64,000 bases of DNA from Dysosmobacter segnis. Lineage in GTDB: Bacteria > Bacillota > Clostridia > Lachnospirales > Lachnospiraceae. Within the stretch, counting starts at the first letter, position 1; every line of letters starts with the position of its first letter. The stretch is from positions 2,817 to 66,816 of the forward strand of contig CAVKTR010000005.1 in assembly GCA_963659325.1 (NCBI GenBank), written 5' to 3'. This document shows, one piece after another, positions 19,688 through 28,560 of this stretch. The notes beneath the pieces were generated by a model. The model saw only the letters and a program-made list of their open reading frames with translations, had not been told where the DNA came from and ran no database searches. The translations under genes were made by a program, and so were the position numbers.

Positions 19688-20672
19688 GCACATGTCAAAT
19701 GTATTCGGAAAGTTCGATGCCTGGTTAAAACAGATTGAAAAATATCTGCAGGTTACGATGGTAGTGCGTGATGGCAGCTTAAAGATCATGGGAAATGACA
19801 GCAATGTGGAGAAAGCATGCGCAGTCATGAATGAACTGATCGGGATGTCAAAGCGTGGAAATGATATTACAGAACAGACGGTGACTTATGCACTGGAGAT
19901 GTGTGGATGTACGAAAAATCATCCGCTTCTTGAGGCAGACAGCGAGATCATCTGCCATACCGTGCAGGGAAAACCGGTAAAACCAAAGACACTGGGACAA
20001 AAGGATTATGTGGATCAGATCCGCAATAAAATGATCGTATTTGGAATCGGTCCTGCGGGAACCGGTAAAACCTATCTGGCGATGGCCATGGCGATCACTG
20101 CCTTCAAAAACGAAGAGGTAAGTAGGATCATCCTGACACGTCCGGCCATTGAGGCAGGAGAAAAACTCGGATTTCTGCCGGGTGATCTGCAGAGCAAGAT
20201 CGATCCGTACCTGCGTCCTTTGTATGATGCACTGTATCAGATCATGGGAGCTGAAAGTTTTATCAAAAATCAGGAAAAAGGTCTGATCGAAGTGGCGCCG
20301 TTAGCATATATGCGTGGTCGTACACTGGATAATGCCTTTATCATTCTGGATGAGGCACAGAATACGACACCGGCACAGATGAAGATGTTTCTGACCCGAA
20401 TCGGATTTGGCTCAAAAGTTGTCGTTACCGGTGACGCATCCCAGAAAGATCTGGCCCCGGGAGCAAAATCCGGTCTGGATGTAGCCATGAAAGTGTTGAA
20501 AAATGTGGATGATATTGCTTTTTGCAAACTGACCAGTCAGGATGTCGTGCGTCATCCACTGGTACAAAAAATTGTAAAAGCATACGATGAATATGAGAGT
20601 GCACAGCTGAAAAAAGAACGCTCCGCGCGTTCCGGCAAGAAAGAAAGCAGAGGAAAACGAAATGACAATTAA
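19650..20672 (+). CDS. phoH: PhoH-family ATPase
   Basis: GPAGTGKT, LGFLPGDL, YMRGRTL, ILDEAQN, VVRHPLV. Confidence 0.95.
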   Translation: MELTQQMLDIPIEHMSNVFGKFDAWLKQIEKYLQVTMVVRDGSLKIMGNDSNVEKACAVMNELIGMSKRGNDITEQTVTYALEMCGCTKNHPLLEADSEIICHTVQGKPVKPKTLGQKDYVDQIRNKMIVFGIGPAGTGKTYLAMAMAITAFKNEEVSRIILTRPAIEAGEKLGFLPGDLQSKIDPYLRPLYDALYQIMGAESFIKNQEKGLIEVAPLAYMRGRTLDNAFIILDEAQNTTPAQMKMFLTRIGFGSKVVVTGDASQKDLAPGAKSGLDVAMKVLKNVDDIAFCKLTSQDVVRHPLVQKIVKAYDEYESAQLKKERSARSGKKESRGKRNDN

Positions 20673-21159
20673 TATTATCTGTGAGACGCCCCCGGGTTTT
20701 TCTTTTCATTATAAAAAACTGGCGGAAAGCGTGATCGAACAGTCTCTGGATACGGAAGGGTTTCCTTATGAGGCAGAAGTGAACCTGACGCTGGTAGATG
20801 AGGAACGGATCCATGAGATAAATCTGGATATGAGGCAGATTGATGCACCGACAGATGTGCTGTCATTTCCTATGATCGCGTATGAATTTGCGGCTGATTT
20901 CGATGGGGTAGATGACCAATTGAATGACTGTGTCAACCCGGATACGGGCGAAGTGTTGCTGGGTGATATTGTGCTCTGTGTGCACCGCGTATATCAGCAG
21001 GCAGAGGAATATGGACATAGTATCAGACGGGAATATGCCTTTCTGATCACTCACAGTATGCTTCATCTGATGGGGTATGATCATATGGTGCCGGAAGATG
21101 CAAAACTGATGGAAGCGCATCAGAGAAAAATTCTGGATAATCTTAAAATCACAAGATAA
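20662..21159 (+). CDS. ybeY: rRNA maturation endoribonuclease YbeY
   Basis: PTDVLSFP, LGDIV, HSMLHLMGYDH. Confidence 0.95.
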   Translation: MTINIICETPPGFSFHYKKLAESVIEQSLDTEGFPYEAEVNLTLVDEERIHEINLDMRQIDAPTDVLSFPMIAYEFAADFDGVDDQLNDCVNPDTGEVLLGDIVLCVHRVYQQAEEYGHSIRREYAFLITHSMLHLMGYDHMVPEDAKLMEAHQRKILDNLKITR

Positions 21160-21204
21160 AAAGCAGTTTTTCTGCTTAAGATAAGAAAAAGGAGAGTAAT
21201 TATT

Positions 21205-22320
21205 ATGAAAAAAGCACTTGCTATGTTAATGGTTGGGGTGTTATCCTTATCAATGCTGACTGCATGTGGAAAAAAAGAAACGACATCGGAATTGTCACAG
21301 CCGGTGGAAGAGACATCTGTAAGCGAAGACGAACCTGAAGTGCAGGAACCAACGGTGCCGGAAGGAATGGCACGCAGTTACCTGACAGGAGAATGGATAG
21401 ATGAGACAATTGCAGCACAGCGTCCGCTGGCAGTGATGCTTGGCAATACAAAGGTTGCCACACCGCAGTATGGGATTACAGATGCGGATATTGTTTATGA
21501 AGCCGCAGTGGAAGGACAGGAAACACGTCTGATGGCAATCTTCCAGGATTACGCAAATCTGGAAAAAGTTATGTCTGTTCGGAGCTGCCGCCATTATTAT
21601 GTGCATTGGGCACTGGAATTTGATGCTATTTATGCACACTACGGTCAGTCTAAGTATGCCATTGATCTTCTGAATGAAGATTATGTCGACAATCTGAGCG
21701 GATTGGAAGGCGGTGTGGAGAACGTTATGTATCACCGTGATTCCAATCGAAAAGCACCTCATAATGCGTATACAGATGGTGAGGGTATTGTGGCAGGTAT
21801 TGCATATAAAGGGTACCGGACACAGCATGAGGCAGATTATACCGGACATTATCAGTTTGTGGAAGACGATAATACACAGCTTTATCTGGATAATGGTCAG
21901 GCGGCTGTTGTGGTGGAACCGGGATATCTGGTAAATAAACCATGGTTTGTCTATGACAGCGGGACTGGTCTGTACAGACGTTTCCAGAATGGAGAAGCTC
22001 AGACAGACGGAAACAATGGCAAACAGGTGGAAGTAAAAAACATCATTATCCAGACCTGCGGATGGAACAGAATGAGCAGCGAGGATGAATATCTGAATAT
22101 GGAGACCATGGCGGGTGGTTCCGGTTATTACGTCACAAATGGTGCTGCTATCCCGATTACATGGACGAAGGACTCTTTGCAGTCTCCAACGAGATATTAT
22201 GATGAAAACGGATCTGAGATCCGATTAAATCAGGGAAAAACATGGGTATGTGTGACCGAAGATACCTATGCAGATAAGATCGCTTTTTATGCAAGCGAGG
22301 AAGAGTATGCAAACAGATAA
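21205..22320 (+). CDS. DUF3048/YerB-like lipoprotein
   Basis: Lipobox LTAC; RPLAVM, ADIVYE, TRLMA, SVRSCR, KAPHNAY. Confidence 0.8.
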   Translation: MKKALAMLMVGVLSLSMLTACGKKETTSELSQPVEETSVSEDEPEVQEPTVPEGMARSYLTGEWIDETIAAQRPLAVMLGNTKVATPQYGITDADIVYEAAVEGQETRLMAIFQDYANLEKVMSVRSCRHYYVHWALEFDAIYAHYGQSKYAIDLLNEDYVDNLSGLEGGVENVMYHRDSNRKAPHNAYTDGEGIVAGIAYKGYRTQHEADYTGHYQFVEDDNTQLYLDNGQAAVVVEPGYLVNKPWFVYDSGTGLYRRFQNGEAQTDGNNGKQVEVKNIIIQTCGWNRMSSEDEYLNMETMAGGSGYYVTNGAAIPITWTKDSLQSPTRYYDENGSEIRLNQGKTWVCVTEDTYADKIAFYASEEEYANR

Positions 22321-22371
22321 GCTGCTCAAACAATGCTGCGTTTTCCTGAAAGCAGGAAAAGAGGTTATTAT

Positions 22372-24030
22372 ATGAGTAAGAAGAAAAATGATGCAAGTTT
22401 TTTGGTGCAGGGATCGATTCTGGCGATCGCATCCTTAGTCAGCAGGGTCATTGGTCTTGTTTACCGAATTCCGCTGACTGCGATTATTGGTGATCATGGA
22501 AATGATTATTACAGTTGTGCATATGAGATTTACAGTTTACTGCTGCTGATCTCATCTTACAGTCTGCCAATGGCGGTATCCAAGATGGTTTCCGCACGAA
22601 TTTCAAATGGAGAGCGGCAGAATGCCTACCGTGTATTTAAGGGCGCTATGGTATTTGCGCTGATCACCGGTACGGCAGCCTGTGCCATCGTATTTTTCGG
22701 TGCGGAAGAACTGACACGGCTGTTCCAGACACCGCTGGGTGTATATGCGCTGCAGGTGCTGGCTCCGACACTGATCATCGTAGCGGTACTTGGTGTATTC
22801 CGTGGATTTTTCCAGGGTATGGGAACCATGATCCCAAGTGCGGTCTCCCAGATCATTGAGCAGATCGTAAATGCAGTAGTCAGCGTAGGTGCTGCCTATG
22901 TATTATTTGCTTATGGTAAACGAATTGCGACAGTACTTGGAAGCAAAGAACATTATGATGCGGCTTATGGTGCTGCGGGTGGAACACTGGGAACCAGTGT
23001 GGGCGCGCTGTGTGGACTGGCCTTTATCATCTTTGTATTTTCCATGTTCTTGCCGAAATTCCGCAAAGCAATGAAGCGGGAGCGGAAAGTAGCGCAGAAA
23101 GAGCCGGAATCCTATCGTGTGATTTTTGGTATTCTGATCGGAACCATCGTTCCGGTATTGCTCAGTACTACCATTTACAACCTGGTATCCATTGTGGATC
23201 AGTGGCTGTTTAAAAATATTGCAACAGTTCAGGGATATTCCGCAACCGATGTATCTGAATGGTGGGGAATTTTCTCCGGAAAATATCGAGTTTTAACAAA
23301 CGTACCGATTTCAATTTCCACAGCGCTGGCTGCGTCCTGTGTACCTGCACTGGCGGCTGCTTTTGCGCAGAAAGATGAGGAACAGGTCAGATCAAAGATT
23401 GGTATGTCTATGCGTTTTATTATGGTTGTGGCCATGCCATGTACCGCAGGTCTTATGGTGCTGGCAGATCCGATCATTCAGCTTTTGTTCCCGGGGTCAA
23501 GTGCTCTGGCTGGACATTTACTGCAGGCCGGTGGAATCAGTGTTATTTTTTACTCGATCTCCACATTGTCCAATGCGGTACTGCAGGGTATCGACCGTAT
23601 GAAAATTCCGGTTCGAAATGCATCCATCGCGCTGGTACTCCACGCGGGTGTAATTGCTGCAGCTATGTTTGGACTGGATCTGAAAATTTACGGTATCTGT
23701 ATCGGAACCGTTGCATTTTCCCTGATCATGTGTATTTTGAACGGTACGTCGGTCAGAAAGTATTCCGGATACAAACCGGATATCAAAAAGACATTTGTCA
23801 AACCGGCGATCGCATCCGTGATCATGAGTGTAGTAGTATATGCGGTTTACTTTGTGGTTCATAAGGCAGTACACAGCAATGTGATCGGTGTGGCAGTATC
23901 CGTACTGGTGGGAATGGTTGTGTATGCAGCTGCATTACTGCTGATCAAGGGTCTGACAGAGGAAGAATTGCACAGTTTCCCGAAGGGTGAACTGATCATT
24001 CGTGTTGCGAAGAAGTTCCATTTATTATAA
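22372..24030 (+). CDS. MOP-family flippase / polysaccharide biosynthesis protein (SpoVB/YabM/MurJ-like)
   Basis: SRVIGLVYRIPL, LPMAVSKMVS, RGFFQG, SQIIEQ; many TM helices. Confidence 0.88.
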   Translation: MSKKKNDASFLVQGSILAIASLVSRVIGLVYRIPLTAIIGDHGNDYYSCAYEIYSLLLLISSYSLPMAVSKMVSARISNGERQNAYRVFKGAMVFALITGTAACAIVFFGAEELTRLFQTPLGVYALQVLAPTLIIVAVLGVFRGFFQGMGTMIPSAVSQIIEQIVNAVVSVGAAYVLFAYGKRIATVLGSKEHYDAAYGAAGGTLGTSVGALCGLAFIIFVFSMFLPKFRKAMKRERKVAQKEPESYRVIFGILIGTIVPVLLSTTIYNLVSIVDQWLFKNIATVQGYSATDVSEWWGIFSGKYRVLTNVPISISTALAASCVPALAAAFAQKDEEQVRSKIGMSMRFIMVVAMPCTAGLMVLADPIIQLLFPGSSALAGHLLQAGGISVIFYSISTLSNAVLQGIDRMKIPVRNASIALVLHAGVIAAAMFGLDLKIYGICIGTVAFSLIMCILNGTSVRKYSGYKPDIKKTFVKPAIASVIMSVVVYAVYFVVHKAVHSNVIGVAVSVLVGMVVYAAALLLIKGLTEEELHSFPKGELIIRVAKKFHLL

Positions 24031-24080
24031 AAATGACGAGAAAGATCATAACAGATATAAAAGGAAGATTCTTTTTATCT

Positions 24081-24109
24081 GTATAAAAAAAGAAGAAATG
24101 TGAATACTA
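24081..24109 (+). promoter_or_regulatory. Sigma-F/G-like forespore promoter
   Basis: GTATA-15 nt-TGAATACTA upstream of the BofC-like gene. Confidence 0.5.
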
Positions 24110-24129
24110 CGTGTAAAGGAGTTTTATGT

Positions 24130-24546
24130 ATGATGAAACAGACACGTATGATTCGCATTTCTTTTTTGATTTGCACAGGATTGATCATCGCTGCCTTCTG
24201 GGGCGGCTTTTATATGGGCGGCAGCCAGTTCTCAGCGGATGTGGCACCAATCCAGACCGCATCCGGGAACGATGAAACGAAAGAAAATTCGACAGCTTCT
24301 ACCCAGAAAAGCAGTACAGACAACACAACGGTGGAAAGTATGAATAATTTAAAAGAAGAGAAATACTATGTCAAAGTATCCGGGGAATATCTGTCCGTTT
24401 ATTTTAGTGACACGGACCGGCTGTATTTTGAGACAAGTCTGAAGGTATCCGATCTGCCGGAATACCTGAGAAAAGACGCGGTAAATGGAATATCGTTTTC
24501 TTCTCTTGAAAACCTTTACAGCTTTTTGGAAAACTATTCGAGCTGA
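24130..24546 (+). CDS. Membrane-anchored protein with BofC C-terminal-like domain
   Basis: N-terminal TM helix; C-terminal YFETSLKVSDLPE...GI...LYSFLENYSS. Confidence 0.65.
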   Translation: MMKQTRMIRISFLICTGLIIAAFWGGFYMGGSQFSADVAPIQTASGNDETKENSTASTQKSSTDNTTVESMNNLKEEKYYVKVSGEYLSVYFSDTDRLYFETSLKVSDLPEYLRKDAVNGISFSSLENLYSFLENYSS

Positions 24547-24762
24547 TGGATAAAAGTGAGAAATTAATCCCTGGAAACGACTTTCCAAAATCTGTGGCTT
24601 GTGCTATACTGAACCACGAGTGATTTTTTGTCTCAGTCTGAGGAAAAACTCGGACTGAGAAGATAGATACGCTTACATTAATTAGAATCATGTACTAAAT
24701 TTCGCATGCATTTGAGGTGAATGTAGGTATTTTAAAAATAGTTATATATCATGGAGGCCGGG

Positions 24763-25605
24763 ATGTCAAAAGAGAAGAAACAAAAAGGAATTGGAATCGG
24801 AACAGGGATGATTCTTGGAATTGCCATCATTTACATATTATTCGGACTGGCAATGATATTTGTCCCGCAGTTTAAGGAAATTTATATTATTTATATTGCC
24901 GGAGCAATTTTTGTGGTATTCGGCATTGTAATGATCGTGAAATATTTCCTGACCGGAAGTTATCGGGATATCGGAAAATATGGTTTTTCCGCAGGTGTTT
25001 TGTGCGTGCTGATCGGCGTTCTTATGCTGGTTCGGACCAATGAGATCGCTGTTTATTTTTCCCTGTTTCTCGGCATCTGCATTTTACTGACGGCCATTAT
25101 TAAGCTGCAGAATGCGGTTGATTTAAAGAGTATGCATAATAAAGGCTGGTTTGTGTTCCTGCTGATCGCCCTGGTATTTCTGGCGGCTGCCATTCTGATC
25201 GTATTGAATCCGGGCGGAAAAGTAAGCCAGTATAAAGATGTAGTTTATTATATTTTGATCGCGGACGGAGTCATCAGCATTATCAGCCCGATCTATCTGA
25301 TCTTTGCAATCCGCACAAGCAGAAAACTGGAACTGGCGGGTCATGCGCAGAACGCATCTGACAAAAAGAATAAAGAAGCAGAGGATGTGCAGGCGAAATC
25401 GTCAGAAAACGATACAAAAAAAGAATCTGATAAAACAGATTCTGATGCAGAGGGAAAAGAAAAGTATAAAAAATCGGATGTGGTATCTGCTGAGCCTGTC
25501 TCAGGTGTTCCGAAGAAGAATACACAGGAGTCTACCGCGTCAGAGGATGAGTTGGACGATGAGATGACGAAAGAGATTTTACATTTTTTTGAGGATGATA
25601 AGTAA
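24763..25605 (+). CDS. HdeD/DUF308-family membrane protein with charged C-terminal tail
   Basis: About six hydrophobic helices in repeated pairs, then a low-complexity K/E/D tail. Confidence 0.7.
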   Translation: MSKEKKQKGIGIGTGMILGIAIIYILFGLAMIFVPQFKEIYIIYIAGAIFVVFGIVMIVKYFLTGSYRDIGKYGFSAGVLCVLIGVLMLVRTNEIAVYFSLFLGICILLTAIIKLQNAVDLKSMHNKGWFVFLLIALVFLAAAILIVLNPGGKVSQYKDVVYYILIADGVISIISPIYLIFAIRTSRKLELAGHAQNASDKKNKEAEDVQAKSSENDTKKESDKTDSDAEGKEKYKKSDVVSAEPVSGVPKKNTQESTASEDELDDEMTKEILHFFEDDK

Positions 25606-25616
25606 GAGGAGTTTTT

Positions 25617-26885
25617 GTGAAACAGAAAGAATATGATGTAATTGTAGTTGGCGGAGGGGCAGCCGGTCTGATGGCTGCCATTCAGGCTGCATCCACAGGG
25701 GCAAAAACAGCTATCCTGGATCACCATGAAGTTTCCGGCAAAAAGATCCTGGCAACAGGAAATGGAAAATGCAATTTTACGAATCTGATGCAGGGGGAGA
25801 GCTTTTATCGATGCGATACCCCTGCCTTTGTATTGCATATGTTAGAAGCATTTTCCGCGACAGATACCATTGAATTTTTCCGCGGACTTGGCGTACTGAC
25901 AAAAGAACGGCAGGGTTACTGTTATCCGAGAAGCGGACAGGCAGCAACCATTCGAAATGCGCTGATGCGCCGCGTGGAAGCATTGCAGATCGAGTTGTAT
26001 AACGGTATTGGAATCCGAAAGATCCAGCGGGAGAAAGGCGGATTTGTGCTGGATACAAAAAGCGGTCTGTTTGCGTCTAAAAGCTGTATTCTGGCAACCG
26101 GAGGTATGGCATCTCCAAAGACCGGAAGTGACGGGAGCGGTTATATTTATGCGAAAGCACTGGGACATACAGTGAAGAAGCCGTTACCGGCGCTGACGGC
26201 ACTGATTGCTGAGGCAGGCTGGTTAAAGCAGACGGCAGGTGTGCGGGCAGATGCTTCGGTAAGTCTTTTGGTAGATGGAACCTGTGTGGCGCAGGATACC
26301 GGGGAAGTACAGATGACAGATTATGGTATTTCCGGAATCCCTGTTTTTCAGGTGAGCCGGTATGCGTCACTGGCGCTGGATGAAAAAAAACGGGTGGAAG
26401 CGGTGCTTGATTTTGCGCCGGAGTATACAGAAGATACGCTACGCGAATTTTTGAAAAACCAGTTGACACAGGTATCCGGTGACAGGACCTGGAAGAAACT
26501 GCTGTCCGGTATCGTCAACGAAAAACTTGCTGCAATGCTTTGTGCGCAAAAACATCTGGGAGAGCGCACGATCGCTTCTGTGAACGAGACAAAAAGACGG
26601 CAGCTGCAGCGGGAACTGGTTCATTTGCTCAAACAGGTGAAACTGACAGTGACCGGAACAAAGGATTTTTCTTTTGCCCAGGTTACCTGCGGTGGAATTC
26701 CGGTGGAAGAGCTGACCGAACAGATGGAGTCAATAAAGGTGCCGGGACTGTATTTTGCAGGTGAGATCGTGGATGTGGATGGCATCTGCGGTGGTTATAA
26801 TCTGCAGTGGGCCTGGTCCAGTGGAACTGTGGCTGGCAGACAGGCGGCATTGCGCTGCAAAGACAGAAACAAGGATGCAAAGTAG
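25617..26885 (+). CDS. HI0933/BaiN-family flavoprotein
   Basis: GGGAAG, GKKILATGNGKCNFTN, TGSDGSG, GEIVDVDGICGGYNLQWAWSSG. Confidence 0.92.
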   Translation: MKQKEYDVIVVGGGAAGLMAAIQAASTGAKTAILDHHEVSGKKILATGNGKCNFTNLMQGESFYRCDTPAFVLHMLEAFSATDTIEFFRGLGVLTKERQGYCYPRSGQAATIRNALMRRVEALQIELYNGIGIRKIQREKGGFVLDTKSGLFASKSCILATGGMASPKTGSDGSGYIYAKALGHTVKKPLPALTALIAEAGWLKQTAGVRADASVSLLVDGTCVAQDTGEVQMTDYGISGIPVFQVSRYASLALDEKKRVEAVLDFAPEYTEDTLREFLKNQLTQVSGDRTWKKLLSGIVNEKLAAMLCAQKHLGERTIASVNETKRRQLQRELVHLLKQVKLTVTGTKDFSFAQVTCGGIPVEELTEQMESIKVPGLYFAGEIVDVDGICGGYNLQWAWSSGTVAGRQAALRCKDRNKDAK

Positions 26886-26961
26886 TAAAGTAAGAAACGA
26901 GCACGAATGTGTGTAAAAATAAATCATGAATCATACGAAACAGGATAATTTGGAGAAATAT

Positions 26962-28560
26962 ATGAACAAGACAATTCGAGTGTCACAGATTTCGGTGCCT
27001 CTGGCACACACAAAAGAAGAAATCTTTCAGAAGGCATGTGCGCTGGCGCAGATTCCGACAAAAAAAGTGATCTCCATGCAGATCATGAAACAGTCGGTGG
27101 ATGCCAGAAAAAAAGATGCGCTTAATTATACATATACGGTGCAGCTTGTGGTGGATGCACAGCAGAAAATCCGAAAAAATCATGCACATGTGCAGGAAAT
27201 TCAGCCGGTGACCTATCAAATCCCGAAAAAAACGGATGCAACGGCAGGAGAAAAACAACCGATCGCGATCGTAGGTGCGGGACCGGCCGGTCTGTTTGCG
27301 GCTTATCTGCTGGCACAGTGCGGTTACTGCCCGGATATCTATGAGCGTGGAAAAGACGTATCTGCCCGTCAGCAGGATGTAGAAGCATTCTGGGCTGGTG
27401 GCAGCTTAAATCCGGAATCCAACGTACAGTTTGGAGAGGGCGGAGCCGGCACGTTTTCCGATGGAAAGTTAAATACTTTAGTAAAAGACAAATTCGGACG
27501 CAGCCGGTATGTGCTGGAAACTTTTGTGAAATTTGGTGCGCCGGAGGATATTTTATATGTGGCAAAACCACATGTAGGAACCGATGTTCTGCGCACGGTG
27601 GTAGAGCGGATGCGTCAGGAAATCATTCGTCTTGGCGGAACCTTCCATTTTTCCACGAAGGTAACGGATTTACATATCAAAAATGGTCAGATTTCAGAAA
27701 TCGAGTTGAATCACAGTGAATGGAAGGCTGTTTCCGGTGTGGTCCTCGCCATTGGACACAGTGCCAGGGATACGTTTCAGATGCTGTATGAGCGTCAGGT
27801 CCCGATGGCGGCAAAATCCTTTGCGGTAGGTATGCGTGTGGAACATCCACAGCAGATGATCAATGAAAGCCAGTATGGAACCGGCGCTGATATGACATTA
27901 CTGCCGACAGCTGCTTATAAGGTGACGCATCAGGCTTCCAATGGCAGAGGGGTATATTCCTTTTGCATGTGTCCGGGCGGTTACGTGGTCAATGCTTCTT
28001 CCGAAGAAAATCGTCTGGCAGTAAACGGTATGAGTTACCGCAAACGTGACAGCCATAATGCAAACAGTGCCATCATTATTTCTGTGACACCGGCAGATTT
28101 TCCGGATGCAGAGCATCCTCTTTCCGGCGTTGCGTTCCAGCGGACTTTGGAAGAAATGGCATGGAAACTTGCGGATGGTAAAGTGCCACAGCAGTTATAC
28201 GGTGATTTTAAGAAGAATACAGCCAGTACCGGGTACGGTTCTTTTGAGAGCTGTGTGAAAGGCCTGCATGGTTTTGCAAATCTGAGAAGTCTGTTCCCGG
28301 AAGCGGTAAACGAGGCATTCTGTGAGGGAATGGAAGCTTTTGGACGGAAAATCCGTGGATTTAACCGTGAGGACTGTATTTTGTCCGGCGTGGAGAGCCG
28401 TACCTCCTCCCCGGTGCGGATTCACAGGGATGAAAGTTTTCAGAGTGAGATCCGGGGATTGTATCCATGTGGAGAAGGTGCAGGATATGCCGGAGGTATT
28501 ATGTCTGCTGCCATGGATGGATTAAAAGTGGCAGAGGCGATCATACAGGAGATGAAGTAA
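26962..28560 (+). CDS. Uncharacterised FAD-dependent oxidoreductase
   Basis: GAGPAG, QFGEGGAGTFSDGKL, SFCMCPGG, ESRTSSP, GEGAGYAGGIMSAAMDG. Confidence 0.9.
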   Translation: MNKTIRVSQISVPLAHTKEEIFQKACALAQIPTKKVISMQIMKQSVDARKKDALNYTYTVQLVVDAQQKIRKNHAHVQEIQPVTYQIPKKTDATAGEKQPIAIVGAGPAGLFAAYLLAQCGYCPDIYERGKDVSARQQDVEAFWAGGSLNPESNVQFGEGGAGTFSDGKLNTLVKDKFGRSRYVLETFVKFGAPEDILYVAKPHVGTDVLRTVVERMRQEIIRLGGTFHFSTKVTDLHIKNGQISEIELNHSEWKAVSGVVLAIGHSARDTFQMLYERQVPMAAKSFAVGMRVEHPQQMINESQYGTGADMTLLPTAAYKVTHQASNGRGVYSFCMCPGGYVVNASSEENRLAVNGMSYRKRDSHNANSAIIISVTPADFPDAEHPLSGVAFQRTLEEMAWKLADGKVPQQLYGDFKKNTASTGYGSFESCVKGLHGFANLRSLFPEAVNEAFCEGMEAFGRKIRGFNREDCILSGVESRTSSPVRIHRDESFQSEIRGLYPCGEGAGYAGGIMSAAMDGLKVAEAIIQEMK

